In this document: piece by piece, positions 7,952 to 16,125 of the stretch
Layout of the letters: each line of letters opens with the position of its first letter
How positions within the stretch are numbered: position 1 is the first letter of the stretch
Sequence record: PQ898399.1
DNA: 64,000 bases
Direction: 5' to 3' (one strand)
The notes under the pieces: generated by a model
Databases searched by the model: none
What the model was told of the DNA's origin: nothing
Seen by the model: the letters and a program-made list of their open reading frames with translations, nothing else
Translations under genes and position numbers: made by a program

Positions 7952-8214
7952 TGGCTATAATCGAACGTAAGCGTAAAGATACAGCTTACTCCATCGAGTT
8001 CGATGATTCTGTTATCACTAATGATAACGGTACTGTATTCGGAGATATAACTATATATCGTTGGAATCGTAAGGATTTCTCTGATGGCTATATAAGAGGT
8101 ACACATCAGTTTAGATTTAGTATCCCACCCGGAGAACTAAATAAAATAAAAACTAAACTGCTATTAGGTATACATCCTACCTTTCGTATCGTTCTAAATT
8201 ACCAAGTTTGGTAA
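7951..8214 (+). CDS. Small early protein with KT-LLG motif
   Basis: IPPGELNKIKTKLLLG. Confidence 0.7.
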   Translation: MAIIERKRKDTAYSIEFDDSVITNDNGTVFGDITIYRWNRKDFSDGYIRGTHQFRFSIPPGELNKIKTKLLLGIHPTFRIVLNYQVW

Positions 8215-8233
8215 ACGTGCATAGCACGTTCAA
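8214..8233 (+). promoter_or_regulatory. Candidate vRNAP hairpin promoter (AACGTGC-ATA-GCACGTT, predicted +1 A8233)
   Basis: 7-bp stem, 3-nt loop, R(+1)-TG. Confidence 0.7.
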
Positions 8234-8295
8234 TGACTAATAATACTCTGGTTTCAGGGCTGCTGAAGCCAGGGTTCAACTCTAAGGATTGTTGT

Positions 8296-8577
8296 ATGCC
8301 AACTATGAATATCGATCATGCTCAGACTAATCTGCGCTGGTGTAAGCGTGCGTGGATGGATGGAGAAATGCGTGATCTGGCATTGTTCCTGTTCCATAAA
8401 GGTATGTCTCAGTTAATTATGTCCGACCTGGCTTTAGAGACTCAGGTTGAAGTCGCTGCCTCTATTCTGGGGCGTGAAGCATTTGAAGACCTCTCTGCGT
8501 TCAGTGAAGAGGTCAACGGCAGTCCTCTGCAATATGCTGCATGGCGTGACCGTGTTAGCTGCTTAATCATCTGTTAG
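8296..8577 (+). CDS. Early hypothetical protein between two hairpin promoters
   Basis: AAGGA RBS before ATG 8296. Confidence 0.7.
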   Translation: MPTMNIDHAQTNLRWCKRAWMDGEMRDLALFLFHKGMSQLIMSDLALETQVEVAASILGREAFEDLSAFSEEVNGSPLQYAAWRDRVSCLIIC

Positions 8578-8578
8578 A

Positions 8579-8598
8579 AACGCGCATAGCGCGTTATG
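8579..8598 (+). promoter_or_regulatory. Candidate vRNAP hairpin promoter (AACGCGC-ATA-GCGCGTT, predicted +1 G8598)
   Basis: 7-bp stem, 3-nt loop, R(+1)-TG; upstream of gp2-like gene. Confidence 0.7.
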
Positions 8599-8667
8599 TG
8601 CAATTAAGGGCATGTTAAGCCCACATTCTGTTATTAATCATCTACTCATCTTTAAGAGGTATATATC

Positions 8668-8952
8668 ATGGCTTTCACTCGCACTCCTGCTGCAAACAAC
8701 GCTCCTGCTGACAATGCTGCTAAGAACAAAGTTGGCGGCTATCTGAACATCAACATTCTGACCCGTGACGGTTCCCGTAAACGTCTGGGCGGCTCTGGTA
8801 TTGCTCTGCGTGAAAACCACCCGGTTGAAGGCGCGATTCTGGCTCTGATTCGTTCAAATCCAGAGAAGCTGCAAGACCTGGTTGGCCGTATTGAGCTGAC
8901 CTTTGGCGAAGCTCACAAAGAAGGCGAATTCGTCGATCTGGGCATCGAATAA
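8668..8952 (+). CDS. N4 gp2-like ssDNA-binding activator of RNAPII
   Basis: GYLNINILTRDGSRKRLG...IALRE pattern recalled from gp2 homologs; strong GAGG RBS; position upstream of RNAPII genes. Confidence 0.65.
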   Translation: MAFTRTPAANNAPADNAAKNKVGGYLNINILTRDGSRKRLGGSGIALRENHPVEGAILALIRSNPEKLQDLVGRIELTFGEAHKEGEFVDLGIE

Positions 8953-8959
8953 ACCAATT

Positions 8960-8985
8960 AAGCCAACCTTCGGGTTGGCTTTTTT
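8960..8985 (+). terminator. Intrinsic terminator
   Basis: AAGCCAACC-TTCG-GGTTGGCTT-TTTT. Confidence 0.85.
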
Positions 8986-8997
8986 ATTGAGGTATGT

Positions 8998-9162
8998 ATG
9001 GAAAAGATCTCTGTAACACCGACCAAATGGGCAGTAGTCGTAGGCTACGTTGAATACCACGCCGGTCGTCAATTTCCGTGGATGGGGCGTCATGGTTGTT
9101 CATTCAGCTTCTTCGCTACCGAGGATGAAGCCACTCAGTTCGCTATCACAGGTGTCCTGTAA
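8998..9162 (+). CDS. 54-aa hypothetical protein
   Basis: GAGGT RBS; TAATG coupling to next gene. Confidence 0.6.
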   Translation: MEKISVTPTKWAVVVGYVEYHAGRQFPWMGRHGCSFSFFATEDEATQFAITGVL

Positions 9163-9527
9163 TGGCTAAAGACTGGGGTGATCGCTGGGGCGATGAAGCA
9201 TTAGAGCGTGGCTCTAAAAGATTCCAACGTAAGGTATTAAGCGTATGGGATGAGAACGGTAATTTCATCCCGAAGGAGAAAAGAAATCCTATGTATATCA
9301 GTGATGGTACTCGTGCAATAAAGATCACTCAGGAGCTTTTAGACAAGCTCAAAACCCGTGTGCTAATTGGCAACATGGGTAAGTTCAAAGTCTCAAACCA
9401 GAGCATGTATTACACGGCTCAGTTACCAAAAGATCACTATGTGGATTCTATCAATATCAGCGGTAAGGTATTGAAAGCTAAAGCAGTTATGCCATTCCGT
9501 GGCGTATGGGAATTCCGTGTAGTTTAA
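9162..9527 (+). CDS. Small protein with KT-LLG motif
   Basis: ITQELLDKLKTRVLIG. Confidence 0.7.
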   Translation: MAKDWGDRWGDEALERGSKRFQRKVLSVWDENGNFIPKEKRNPMYISDGTRAIKITQELLDKLKTRVLIGNMGKFKVSNQSMYYTAQLPKDHYVDSINISGKVLKAKAVMPFRGVWEFRVV

Positions 9528-9545
9528 ACCAGTAAGGAGAATGTA

Positions 9546-10526
9546 ATGCACCGTTGGCTCGCTAAGGAAGAATTGCAACTTATCAATGAACGTCAGTTCA
9601 ACCGTAAGCATATTGATGGCTATATCCGTGCAGAACTCTTCGAAGGCCAGGAGAACCTCTGGCCTGAAGTAGCACAGGGCGTAGAGCTATTGAATCAATG
9701 GATGGATCAGCAGTTCTATGACAGCAAAGCTGTCCGTATCAGTCACTTAAGACAACTGGACTTAGAGAAGCTGGTTGTCGAGATATTCGTAGGCGTGTGC
9801 TACGTACAGGAGGAAACACCACTGGTCAACGTCATTGGTCAACTGGCTTCACGTATCGGCTTTGACGATAAGCGTGACAGCATTCAGACCATTGCCGAAG
9901 TGCTGGCTGTGCTGTGTGAAACTGATGTTTATGACATCAGCAAACCACACCCTAAAGCCAGTCTGTATATCAAATCTAACATCACCTTTGATGAGAGATT
10001 AAGCAATTTCATTGCATACTCATGCTATTTACCACCACTGGTTTGTGAACCTCGTGAACTGGTAAATAACCGTTCAACCGCCTATTACACGCATGAATCA
10101 GATAGCCTGATTCTGGGTGGAGGATTTAACCATCATGACGGAAACATCTGCCTTGATGTACTTAATTCACGCAATCGTGTTCCTCTCTCCCTGGACGTGC
10201 AATTCCTTTGCACAGTGGAGGAAGAACCAACTCACGATCTCGATGTTATTGACTCTGACGAGGATCTCAGTGACTGGCAGATAGCCGATATGGTACGCAA
10301 ACAGAAGCAAAACTGGGCGCGTTACAAAGAGCAGTCGTATTACTTCTATAGCCTGATGGTAAACCAGGGTAACAGGTTCTACATCAGCAACAAGGTAGAC
10401 AAACGTGGGCGCATGTACGCCTGTGGCTACCACATCACCCCACAGGGAACCAGCTTCAAGAAAGCGATGATTAACTTTGCCGATCAAGAGCAAGTAACAG
10501 GTGTCCCTGCGCAATTCAGAAAATGA
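9546..10526 (+). CDS. RNA polymerase II subunit 1 (N4 gp15-like, RNAP1)
   Basis: T7-family motif VDKRGRMY; YLPPLVCEP; adjacent to RNAP2. Confidence 0.92.
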   Translation: MHRWLAKEELQLINERQFNRKHIDGYIRAELFEGQENLWPEVAQGVELLNQWMDQQFYDSKAVRISHLRQLDLEKLVVEIFVGVCYVQEETPLVNVIGQLASRIGFDDKRDSIQTIAEVLAVLCETDVYDISKPHPKASLYIKSNITFDERLSNFIAYSCYLPPLVCEPRELVNNRSTAYYTHESDSLILGGGFNHHDGNICLDVLNSRNRVPLSLDVQFLCTVEEEPTHDLDVIDSDEDLSDWQIADMVRKQKQNWARYKEQSYYFYSLMVNQGNRFYISNKVDKRGRMYACGYHITPQGTSFKKAMINFADQEQVTGVPAQFRK

Positions 10527-10538
10527 GAGGAATAACTT

Positions 10539-11813
10539 ATGCAACATACTATCAATTTCGGTACTGGCTTCCAGAGATTCTCCGGCTGGGAATATCTCTG
10601 CATTGACGTAGCCAACCATTATGGGCTGGATAAAGAACTGTTCAACACCCGCATTCAGTGGGTGTATGACCACATCGATAACCTGGAAACATTGGCAGAT
10701 GATGCCGATGAACCAGTGCTGTTCAAGAAAGCTGTTATGACCCTTCGCCGTGCTCAGCACGGTGAGGCTGTAGGCCACGTAGTTCACTTCGATGCCTGCT
10801 GCTCCGGTATCCAGATTATGTCTGCACTTACTGGCTGTGAAGCTGGTGCGTACAACACTGGTATGGTTGACCCAAATCAGCGTATGGATGCCTACAGCAA
10901 CACCACTGGCGAGATGAACAAGATCCTGCAAACCAAAGGGTTAGCAAGTATCACGGTTCCTCGTGGTGACGTTAAACAAGCCGTAATGACTTCAGGCTAT
11001 GGCTCTAAAGCTGTGCCTAAGAAGGTATTCGGTGAAGGTGAAATGCTGGACGTGTTCTACGATGCAGCTATGACCATCGCTCCGGGCGCATTCAAGCTCA
11101 TGGATGAGCTTCTGGAATCATGGCGTCCATTTGCCCTGGAACACCGTCTGGTGGCTCCTGATGGCTTCACAGCCGTCATCAAGGTAATGGAAACCAAGGA
11201 AACCAGAATTGAAGTGGACGAACTCGACCATGCAACGTTTACGCTGCAATATCGTGTGAACGAGGGTACAGAGCGTGGACGTGCTAACGTAGCAAATACC
11301 ATCCACTTCTGTGATGCGTATCTCCTGCGTGGTATTGAGCGTCGTTGCAACTACGATCCAGTGGTTGTACGTAATGCTCAGGAAGTCCTGCGTATGGCTG
11401 CTCTGGGCTATTCCTGCGGTAATACTCAGATGGCCTGCACTGATGAACTCAGTGAACTGCTGCCACTGTGCATTCGCTCTCACATCGCTGATGTGGCGCT
11501 CCTGCCGTTGCTGCGTTGGGATAACGTGATGTGTCTGCCTAAGTGGATGGTGCATAAGCTGCTGTCTATCGTTAACGATATGCTGTCTTACAAGCCATTC
11601 CCTATCCTGACTGTCCATGATGCCTTTGGTGCTCATGCCAATAACTGTGACCTCACTCGTTACTGGTACAAAGAAATCATGGCTGATATGGCTGATTCTA
11701 ACCTGCTGGAAATGCTGATGTGTCAGCTTTACCAAATCACTGATGGTAAGTACGAGAAGCTGTCACCTAATCTGGGCGACAAAATTCGTAACTCCAATTA
11801 CGCATTAAGTTGA
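10539..11813 (+). CDS. RNA polymerase II subunit 2 (N4 gp16-like, RNAP2)
   Basis: Motif A HFDACCSGIQI, motif B RGDVKQAVMTSGYG, motif C VHDAF. Confidence 0.95.
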   Translation: MQHTINFGTGFQRFSGWEYLCIDVANHYGLDKELFNTRIQWVYDHIDNLETLADDADEPVLFKKAVMTLRRAQHGEAVGHVVHFDACCSGIQIMSALTGCEAGAYNTGMVDPNQRMDAYSNTTGEMNKILQTKGLASITVPRGDVKQAVMTSGYGSKAVPKKVFGEGEMLDVFYDAAMTIAPGAFKLMDELLESWRPFALEHRLVAPDGFTAVIKVMETKETRIEVDELDHATFTLQYRVNEGTERGRANVANTIHFCDAYLLRGIERRCNYDPVVVRNAQEVLRMAALGYSCGNTQMACTDELSELLPLCIRSHIADVALLPLLRWDNVMCLPKWMVHKLLSIVNDMLSYKPFPILTVHDAFGAHANNCDLTRYWYKEIMADMADSNLLEMLMCQLYQITDGKYEKLSPNLGDKIRNSNYALS

Positions 11814-11820
11814 GGAAATT

Positions 11821-11985
11821 ATGGTATTAACTGATCAAATGGAAGCGGTTATGAATCGCTTTGAAGCTGCTGTTCGTGCGCATGAGATGGTAGGAGCGCA
11901 AGATCCTGAAGATCGCCCAGGGATTGAAGACGAGTACCAGGAAGCCAAAGCAGAACTTGCTGAATGCTTATCCTGGGTTCCATAA
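11821..11985 (+). CDS. 54-aa acidic hypothetical protein
   Basis: GAGG RBS; MVLTDQMEAV... Confidence 0.65.
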   Translation: MVLTDQMEAVMNRFEAAVRAHEMVGAQDPEDRPGIEDEYQEAKAELAECLSWVP

Positions 11986-11990
11986 CCACC

Positions 11991-12014
11991 AGCCACCCTT
12001 CGGGGTGGCTTTTT
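11991..12014 (+). terminator. Intrinsic terminator
   Basis: AGCCACCC-TTCG-GGGTGGCT-TTTT. Confidence 0.85.
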
Positions 12015-12028
12015 CATTTGGAGATCCT

Positions 12029-12283
12029 ATGAAACTATTGCACTCGCTGCCTTACACAAAGGACGGAGTAGTCCATCCGGTAGGCAGAATGACTGTACCT
12101 AAATCACTGGTTTCAACTATGAAAGCCAGTCTGTTATCAGGTATGCCGGAGGTTGAACTTAGGCTTACGCCTGACGTGATTAAAACTGAAGGTATGCCTG
12201 TTCACCTACCTACGCTGGGCGTAGTCGGTGTAGCTGTCTACGCTGATGGTGATGACCGGGTAGTGAAACTCTACCGGGAGTAG
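12029..12283 (+). CDS. Small protein with degenerate KT-LLG motif
   Basis: VPKSLVSTMKASLLSG; GGAG RBS. Confidence 0.7.
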   Translation: MKLLHSLPYTKDGVVHPVGRMTVPKSLVSTMKASLLSGMPEVELRLTPDVIKTEGMPVHLPTLGVVGVAVYADGDDRVVKLYRE

Positions 12284-12285
12284 GT

Positions 12286-12534
12286 ATGAAAGCTAATTTA
12301 AGGTATGGGGGGCATCAAGCCACTACACATATTCAATATATTTACACAACACCTGAAATTATAAACCAGTTTAAAACCAAGAAGTTACTGGGATTAAAGT
12401 CAATCCTAATAAAGGCTACGCCTACTGAAGAAGCAACTTCAATGTTGGATCTCAAAGCCGAGGGTATTATAGAAATAGCTCATTTTTATGATGCTATCAC
12501 TAACTCAATGATGCTTCGCTTAAAACTTAAGTGA
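12286..12534 (+). CDS. Small protein with KT-LLG motif
   Basis: TTPEIINQFKTKKLLG. Confidence 0.7.
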   Translation: MKANLRYGGHQATTHIQYIYTTPEIINQFKTKKLLGLKSILIKATPTEEATSMLDLKAEGIIEIAHFYDAITNSMMLRLKLK

Positions 12535-12552
12535 CGCACTCCGTGCGTTGAG
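12534..12552 (+). promoter_or_regulatory. vRNAP hairpin promoter with canonical loop (ACGCAC-TCC-GTGCGT, predicted +1 G12552)
   Basis: 6-bp stem, template loop GGA, R(+1)-TGAG. Confidence 0.7.
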
Positions 12553-12634
12553 TGAGTTGACGCTTGCGCGTCTGTATAACTTAATTTTCTCTTTTCTGAA
12601 GGGCTATCCTACTCATTGGGATAGCCTATTTTTT
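12552..12634 (+). ncRNA. Candidate ~83-nt small RNA or primer transcript
   Basis: Hairpin promoter followed by terminator with no ORF between; 5' stem GACGC-TTGC-GCGTC and U/C-rich linker. Confidence 0.35.
12602..12634 (+). terminator. Intrinsic terminator
   Basis: GGCTATCC-9 nt-GGATAGCC-TATTTTTT. Confidence 0.75.
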
Positions 12635-12778
12635 ATACTTCAGAGACTTCTAAGACAGTCATGTACATAGTTCTAGAACTTCTATAGAAGTTTTATACCT
12701 ATATGCTAGACAGTCAAAAATCGACACTTTTGGCTATACCCACCCTAAACCCTAAATCCACTTATCTATAGGCTAAAA

Positions 12779-13015
12779 ATGAACGCAATAACCTTCATTG
12801 CTATGGTCGGTGCTGTCTGGTTCGGACTCGGCTGGACACTCGGATCTGGTGCGATTAAACACACCAAATTATTGCTCAAACAGGCTACTCACCCCATAGA
12901 ACTCATTGGGCTAAACTTACGAATTAAGCAGATTACACAGGCCAGGAAGGTTCTTCTTGTCCGGTGCATCATCTGTTTAATCGTTGCTGTATTGGCTCAT
13001 CTGATCGTGAGGTAG
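12779..13015 (+). CDS. Hypothetical membrane protein
   Basis: Two hydrophobic segments. Confidence 0.7.
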   Translation: MNAITFIAMVGAVWFGLGWTLGSGAIKHTKLLLKQATHPIELIGLNLRIKQITQARKVLLVRCIICLIVAVLAHLIVR

Positions 13016-13017
13016 CA

Positions 13018-13245
13018 ATGGACTACAAAATCTTTACTTACGTATTAGCTGTGCTGGCTTTCCTCTGCTTCCTGAATGCAGCGGATTACTGGGAAGACTA
13101 TCGCCGTTACTACTGGCAATTCACTTCCCAGGCTCAAGCCAGATATGGAAGACACATCCGTCGTAACGCGGTGCTCTGTGTGCTGTGGGGTGTCTTCTGG
13201 GCAGCTATTGCAATCATTTGCTGGTTTATCCCACAAGGAGCTTAA
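13018..13245 (+). CDS. Hypothetical membrane protein
   Basis: GAGGT RBS; two hydrophobic segments. Confidence 0.7.
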   Translation: MDYKIFTYVLAVLAFLCFLNAADYWEDYRRYYWQFTSQAQARYGRHIRRNAVLCVLWGVFWAAIAIICWFIPQGA

Positions 13246-13246
13246 G

Positions 13247-13861
13247 ATGCACCATTTTGATAAAGCAACCGAAGACGCAGTATTAAATGCGTTGAAACGC
13301 TATTCAGAATACCAGGTAGCCCGTATGTATGGCTTACGGGTGGCCTCGGTACGCCTGATTCGTCAAACAGCGTTAGAACGTCAGTGCAACCGTACTGCTA
13401 CCCTCCGGCAGCAGGAAAGCCCATTACAAATGGGTTTACGTCTGCATGAAGACCTCTATGGTAGATCTTCGCGTACAGCAGAAGTACCAACCACTTACGA
13501 TCAATGGCGTGATATTGCCTTTGGTAAACAGGATTCAGTTACTGTGCCAAAGCAAGATTACGCTGGTTTAGAAGGTCGTGTGATGGCTGGCTTCTTCACC
13601 CCTAACGGCTTGCCTACGCCAGCCTTCTGGGGCTTTATAAGCCAGTATGTGAAGAAGTCCGGGCATACCATGCTGGACATTCTGCACGACAAAGAAATCT
13701 ATTCCCCAGAGCAACTCGAACGCGCTCTGGATATCGACTCTCAAATTCAAGACATGACGAAAGCTCAGCGTATTGCTCTGCTACGTCGTCTGACTAATGC
13801 GGTATATTCAGATGAATTCAAAGATCCAACCGATTCCGGCTCCGATGTTCAGGACAGCTAA
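13247..13861 (+). CDS. Hypothetical protein with possible N-terminal HTH
   Basis: AGGAG RBS; SEYQVARMYGLRVASVRLIR. Confidence 0.65.
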   Translation: MHHFDKATEDAVLNALKRYSEYQVARMYGLRVASVRLIRQTALERQCNRTATLRQQESPLQMGLRLHEDLYGRSSRTAEVPTTYDQWRDIAFGKQDSVTVPKQDYAGLEGRVMAGFFTPNGLPTPAFWGFISQYVKKSGHTMLDILHDKEIYSPEQLERALDIDSQIQDMTKAQRIALLRRLTNAVYSDEFKDPTDSGSDVQDS

Positions 13862-14042
13862 TAACCTCAATGAGGCTATGTTCGAAATCAAACAGCATAC
13901 GTATCCGTATGATCCCAACACTATTCACTCGCTGGTAATGATGTACCACAACACGTTGCTTAAAGAACTTGAGCAACAAGGTCGTCTATTACCTGCGCCC
14001 CCTGAACCAGATCAAAACCAGTTGTCTTTAAAACTGGATTAA
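13797..14042 (+). CDS. Small protein ending in a clamp-binding-like motif (start uncertain)
   Basis: PIPAPMFRT...; C-terminus PAPPEPDQNQLSLKLD. Confidence 0.6.
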   Translation: MRYIQMNSKIQPIPAPMFRTANNLNEAMFEIKQHTYPYDPNTIHSLVMMYHNTLLKELEQQGRLLPAPPEPDQNQLSLKLD

Positions 14043-14335
14043 TGCCCTCCGGGCATTCTGCGACTGGTGATCCCACTTCGGAAATCCAGAGGAATGCTAT
14101 GGAACATGTAATTGAACATCCCCACAGGAACGCAACTAAGACAGTCACTATTGAGCCTTTAAAGCTCAAACTTGGCTTGGCATATCGTATCAAGATCACT
14201 ATTCAGAATTACTCTGGGCAAGCCAGTATGTATTCGGAAAAAGATATTGAATTGATGCTCTTTGAGGAAGAACTGGACGGGCTTATTACTGCCCTCAATA
14301 AAGCTAAAATGGCTAAGTTATTAGGGATTAAGTAA
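14042..14335 (+). CDS. Hypothetical protein with C-terminal KT-LLG-like motif
   Basis: Ends GLITALNKAKMAKLLGIK. Confidence 0.6.
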   Translation: MPSGHSATGDPTSEIQRNAMEHVIEHPHRNATKTVTIEPLKLKLGLAYRIKITIQNYSGQASMYSEKDIELMLFEEELDGLITALNKAKMAKLLGIK

Positions 14336-14700
14336 TGCCACCCAGTAAAAACCATCCCCATCCTGATCGTCGTCAGGAGATCTGCAATCGCATCATGAAT
14401 CGTGTAGATATCCGTGACTGCGGTTATCGAGTTAATGGTGTTGTATCCCCATGCCACGTATGGACTGGCCCCACTTCGGGCGAAGGACGAGGCGGAGGCT
14501 ATGGGCGTATCAGCATCAACTCTCAAACGTGTGCCACTCACATTGTGATGGCTACTCATTATTTTGGTTATATCCCCGGCAATAAACAGGTAGACCACAA
14601 GTGTCGTAATCGCTTGTGCTGTAACCCTGAACATCTCGAACTGGTAAGCCAGAAAGAGAATTGCCGTCGTCGTGATAAAGCTCTGAAGGAGGCTTCATGA
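14335..14700 (+). CDS. HNH endonuclease (N4 gp22-like)
   Basis: CHVWTG...GYGRI...VDHKCRNRLCCNPEHLELVSQKEN. Confidence 0.85.
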   Translation: MPPSKNHPHPDRRQEICNRIMNRVDIRDCGYRVNGVVSPCHVWTGPTSGEGRGGGYGRISINSQTCATHIVMATHYFGYIPGNKQVDHKCRNRLCCNPEHLELVSQKENCRRRDKALKEAS

Positions 14701-15023
14701 CAGGCGAAGATTATGACGAGCAGTTTAAACGTGAAGTCCTGCCTGACTGGGCTGAACGTTACGATCCCTCTGGGACTCTGGAATTGCACCGTCAGCTATG
14801 CACAAAAGATGGTCGTCGAATGGGTAATGCTTTCATTACCAAAATCGGAACCACAATGAGCATTGCCGATTTCAAACCAGAACCTTGCTATACGGTACTA
14901 ACCGATGCGGGTTCTCAGGTACGAATGATCGAAAGTGAAATTCGTGATGCTTTTTATATTGGTGAGTATATCGCCAAATCCCACACAATTCCTGGTTTAA
15001 GGAACCTGCCTAAGTATGAATAA
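14697..15023 (+). CDS. Hypothetical protein
   Basis: GGAGG RBS; DGRRMGNAFI pattern. Confidence 0.7.
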   Translation: MTGEDYDEQFKREVLPDWAERYDPSGTLELHRQLCTKDGRRMGNAFITKIGTTMSIADFKPEPCYTVLTDAGSQVRMIESEIRDAFYIGEYIAKSHTIPGLRNLPKYE

Positions 15024-15219
15024 GTACCTCAAACTCTACCTGTACGCAGTAATCATATTACTCGTGTCAGGTGTGTTATACGGTGGCTTGCTGCCGTCAA
15101 TGGTATCGGCTAACGATACTATCCTCGTGTTCATCGGCATTGCCGGTGCTCTGGTGTGGCCTGCTCTGGTAGCCACTTTCGTCTATCGTCAATTTAAGAA
15201 GAAATTTAAAAATGCGTAA
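15016..15219 (+). CDS. Two-TM membrane protein upstream of SPFH gene
   Basis: Two hydrophobic helices, basic C-terminus. Confidence 0.7.
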   Translation: MNKYLKLYLYAVIILLVSGVLYGGLLPSMVSANDTILVFIGIAGALVWPALVATFVYRQFKKKFKNA

Positions 15220-16048
15220 ACTCATCATGGGCTGCATTCTGGCAGTCGTTGCAATGACCTCGTTGACCGGCTGCTATGATCGTGTCGAACCAGGTAACGT
15301 AGGTATCATCGTCAACCGTCTGGGCGACGATAAAGGCGTTGACCAACAGGTCAAAGGCGTTGGCCGTTACTGGATCGGCTGGAACGAAGATCTGTATACG
15401 TTCCCGACGTTCAAGCAGATGAAGACCTACGACGAAAAGTTTTACTTCCAACTGTCGGACGGTACTCAGATCGGCCACCAACTGGCTATCAGCTATAAGG
15501 TCAATCCGACCAAAGTAGCGACTATCTTCCAGACCTACCGTAAAGGTGTCGATGAAATCACTGACCAGGATCTGCGTCAGCGTATTGCCGATATCCTGAA
15601 CCGTCAGGGCAACCTGATTAACACTGACAAGTTTATTGACGGTGGTAAGTCTCGTCTGCTGGATAGCGTAGCCGATGCAGTTAAAAAAGAGATGGAGCCG
15701 GTCGGTATCGACATTATGGCCATCTCCTGGGTAGGTGCCCCGGAATACCCGGACAACGTGAAGCGTGCAATTAACGCGAAGGTTGAAGCCACCCAGAAAA
15801 CTCTGCAACGCGAGCAGGAAGTGCAACAGCGTATTGCTGAAGCAAACATGGCTCGTGAGCAAGCCAAAGGTGAAGCTGACGCCGTGGTACTGAAAGCAAA
15901 AGCAGAAGCTGATGCCATCAAACTGCGTGGTGATGCACTGCGTGAAAACCCTGGTGTAATGGAACTGGAAGCAATCAACAAGTGGAATGGTGTATTGCCT
16001 ACCACCATGATCCCAGGTGCCTCTACACCGTTTGTACCTGTTAAATAA
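15212..16048 (+). CDS. SPFH/band-7 (prohibitin-like) lipoprotein
   Basis: Lipobox LTGC; RVEPGNVGIIVN; Ala/Glu coiled coil; LEAINKWNGVLP. Confidence 0.9.
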   Translation: MRKLIMGCILAVVAMTSLTGCYDRVEPGNVGIIVNRLGDDKGVDQQVKGVGRYWIGWNEDLYTFPTFKQMKTYDEKFYFQLSDGTQIGHQLAISYKVNPTKVATIFQTYRKGVDEITDQDLRQRIADILNRQGNLINTDKFIDGGKSRLLDSVADAVKKEMEPVGIDIMAISWVGAPEYPDNVKRAINAKVEATQKTLQREQEVQQRIAEANMAREQAKGEADAVVLKAKAEADAIKLRGDALRENPGVMELEAINKWNGVLPTTMIPGASTPFVPVK

Positions 16049-16125
16049 TCCCACTGGTGCTTTCCTTAACCTGGCTTAAATCAAGCCAGGTTTATGAATA
16101 TCATCCCAATTTCTAAGGAATAAAT

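Noticed and set aside
12557-12580. TTGACG...TATAAC promoter
   Set aside because: Spacer is only 12 nt.
12753-12767. CCCTAAA-CCCTAAA telomere-like repeat
   Set aside because: Only two copies in AT/C-rich intergenic DNA; compatible with chance.
15206-16054. 282-aa minus-strand ORF (also 10167-10931 - and 37039-37929 +)
   Set aside because: Antisense to well-supported, codon-biased genes (SPFH, RNAPII, tail spike); no motifs or RBS.
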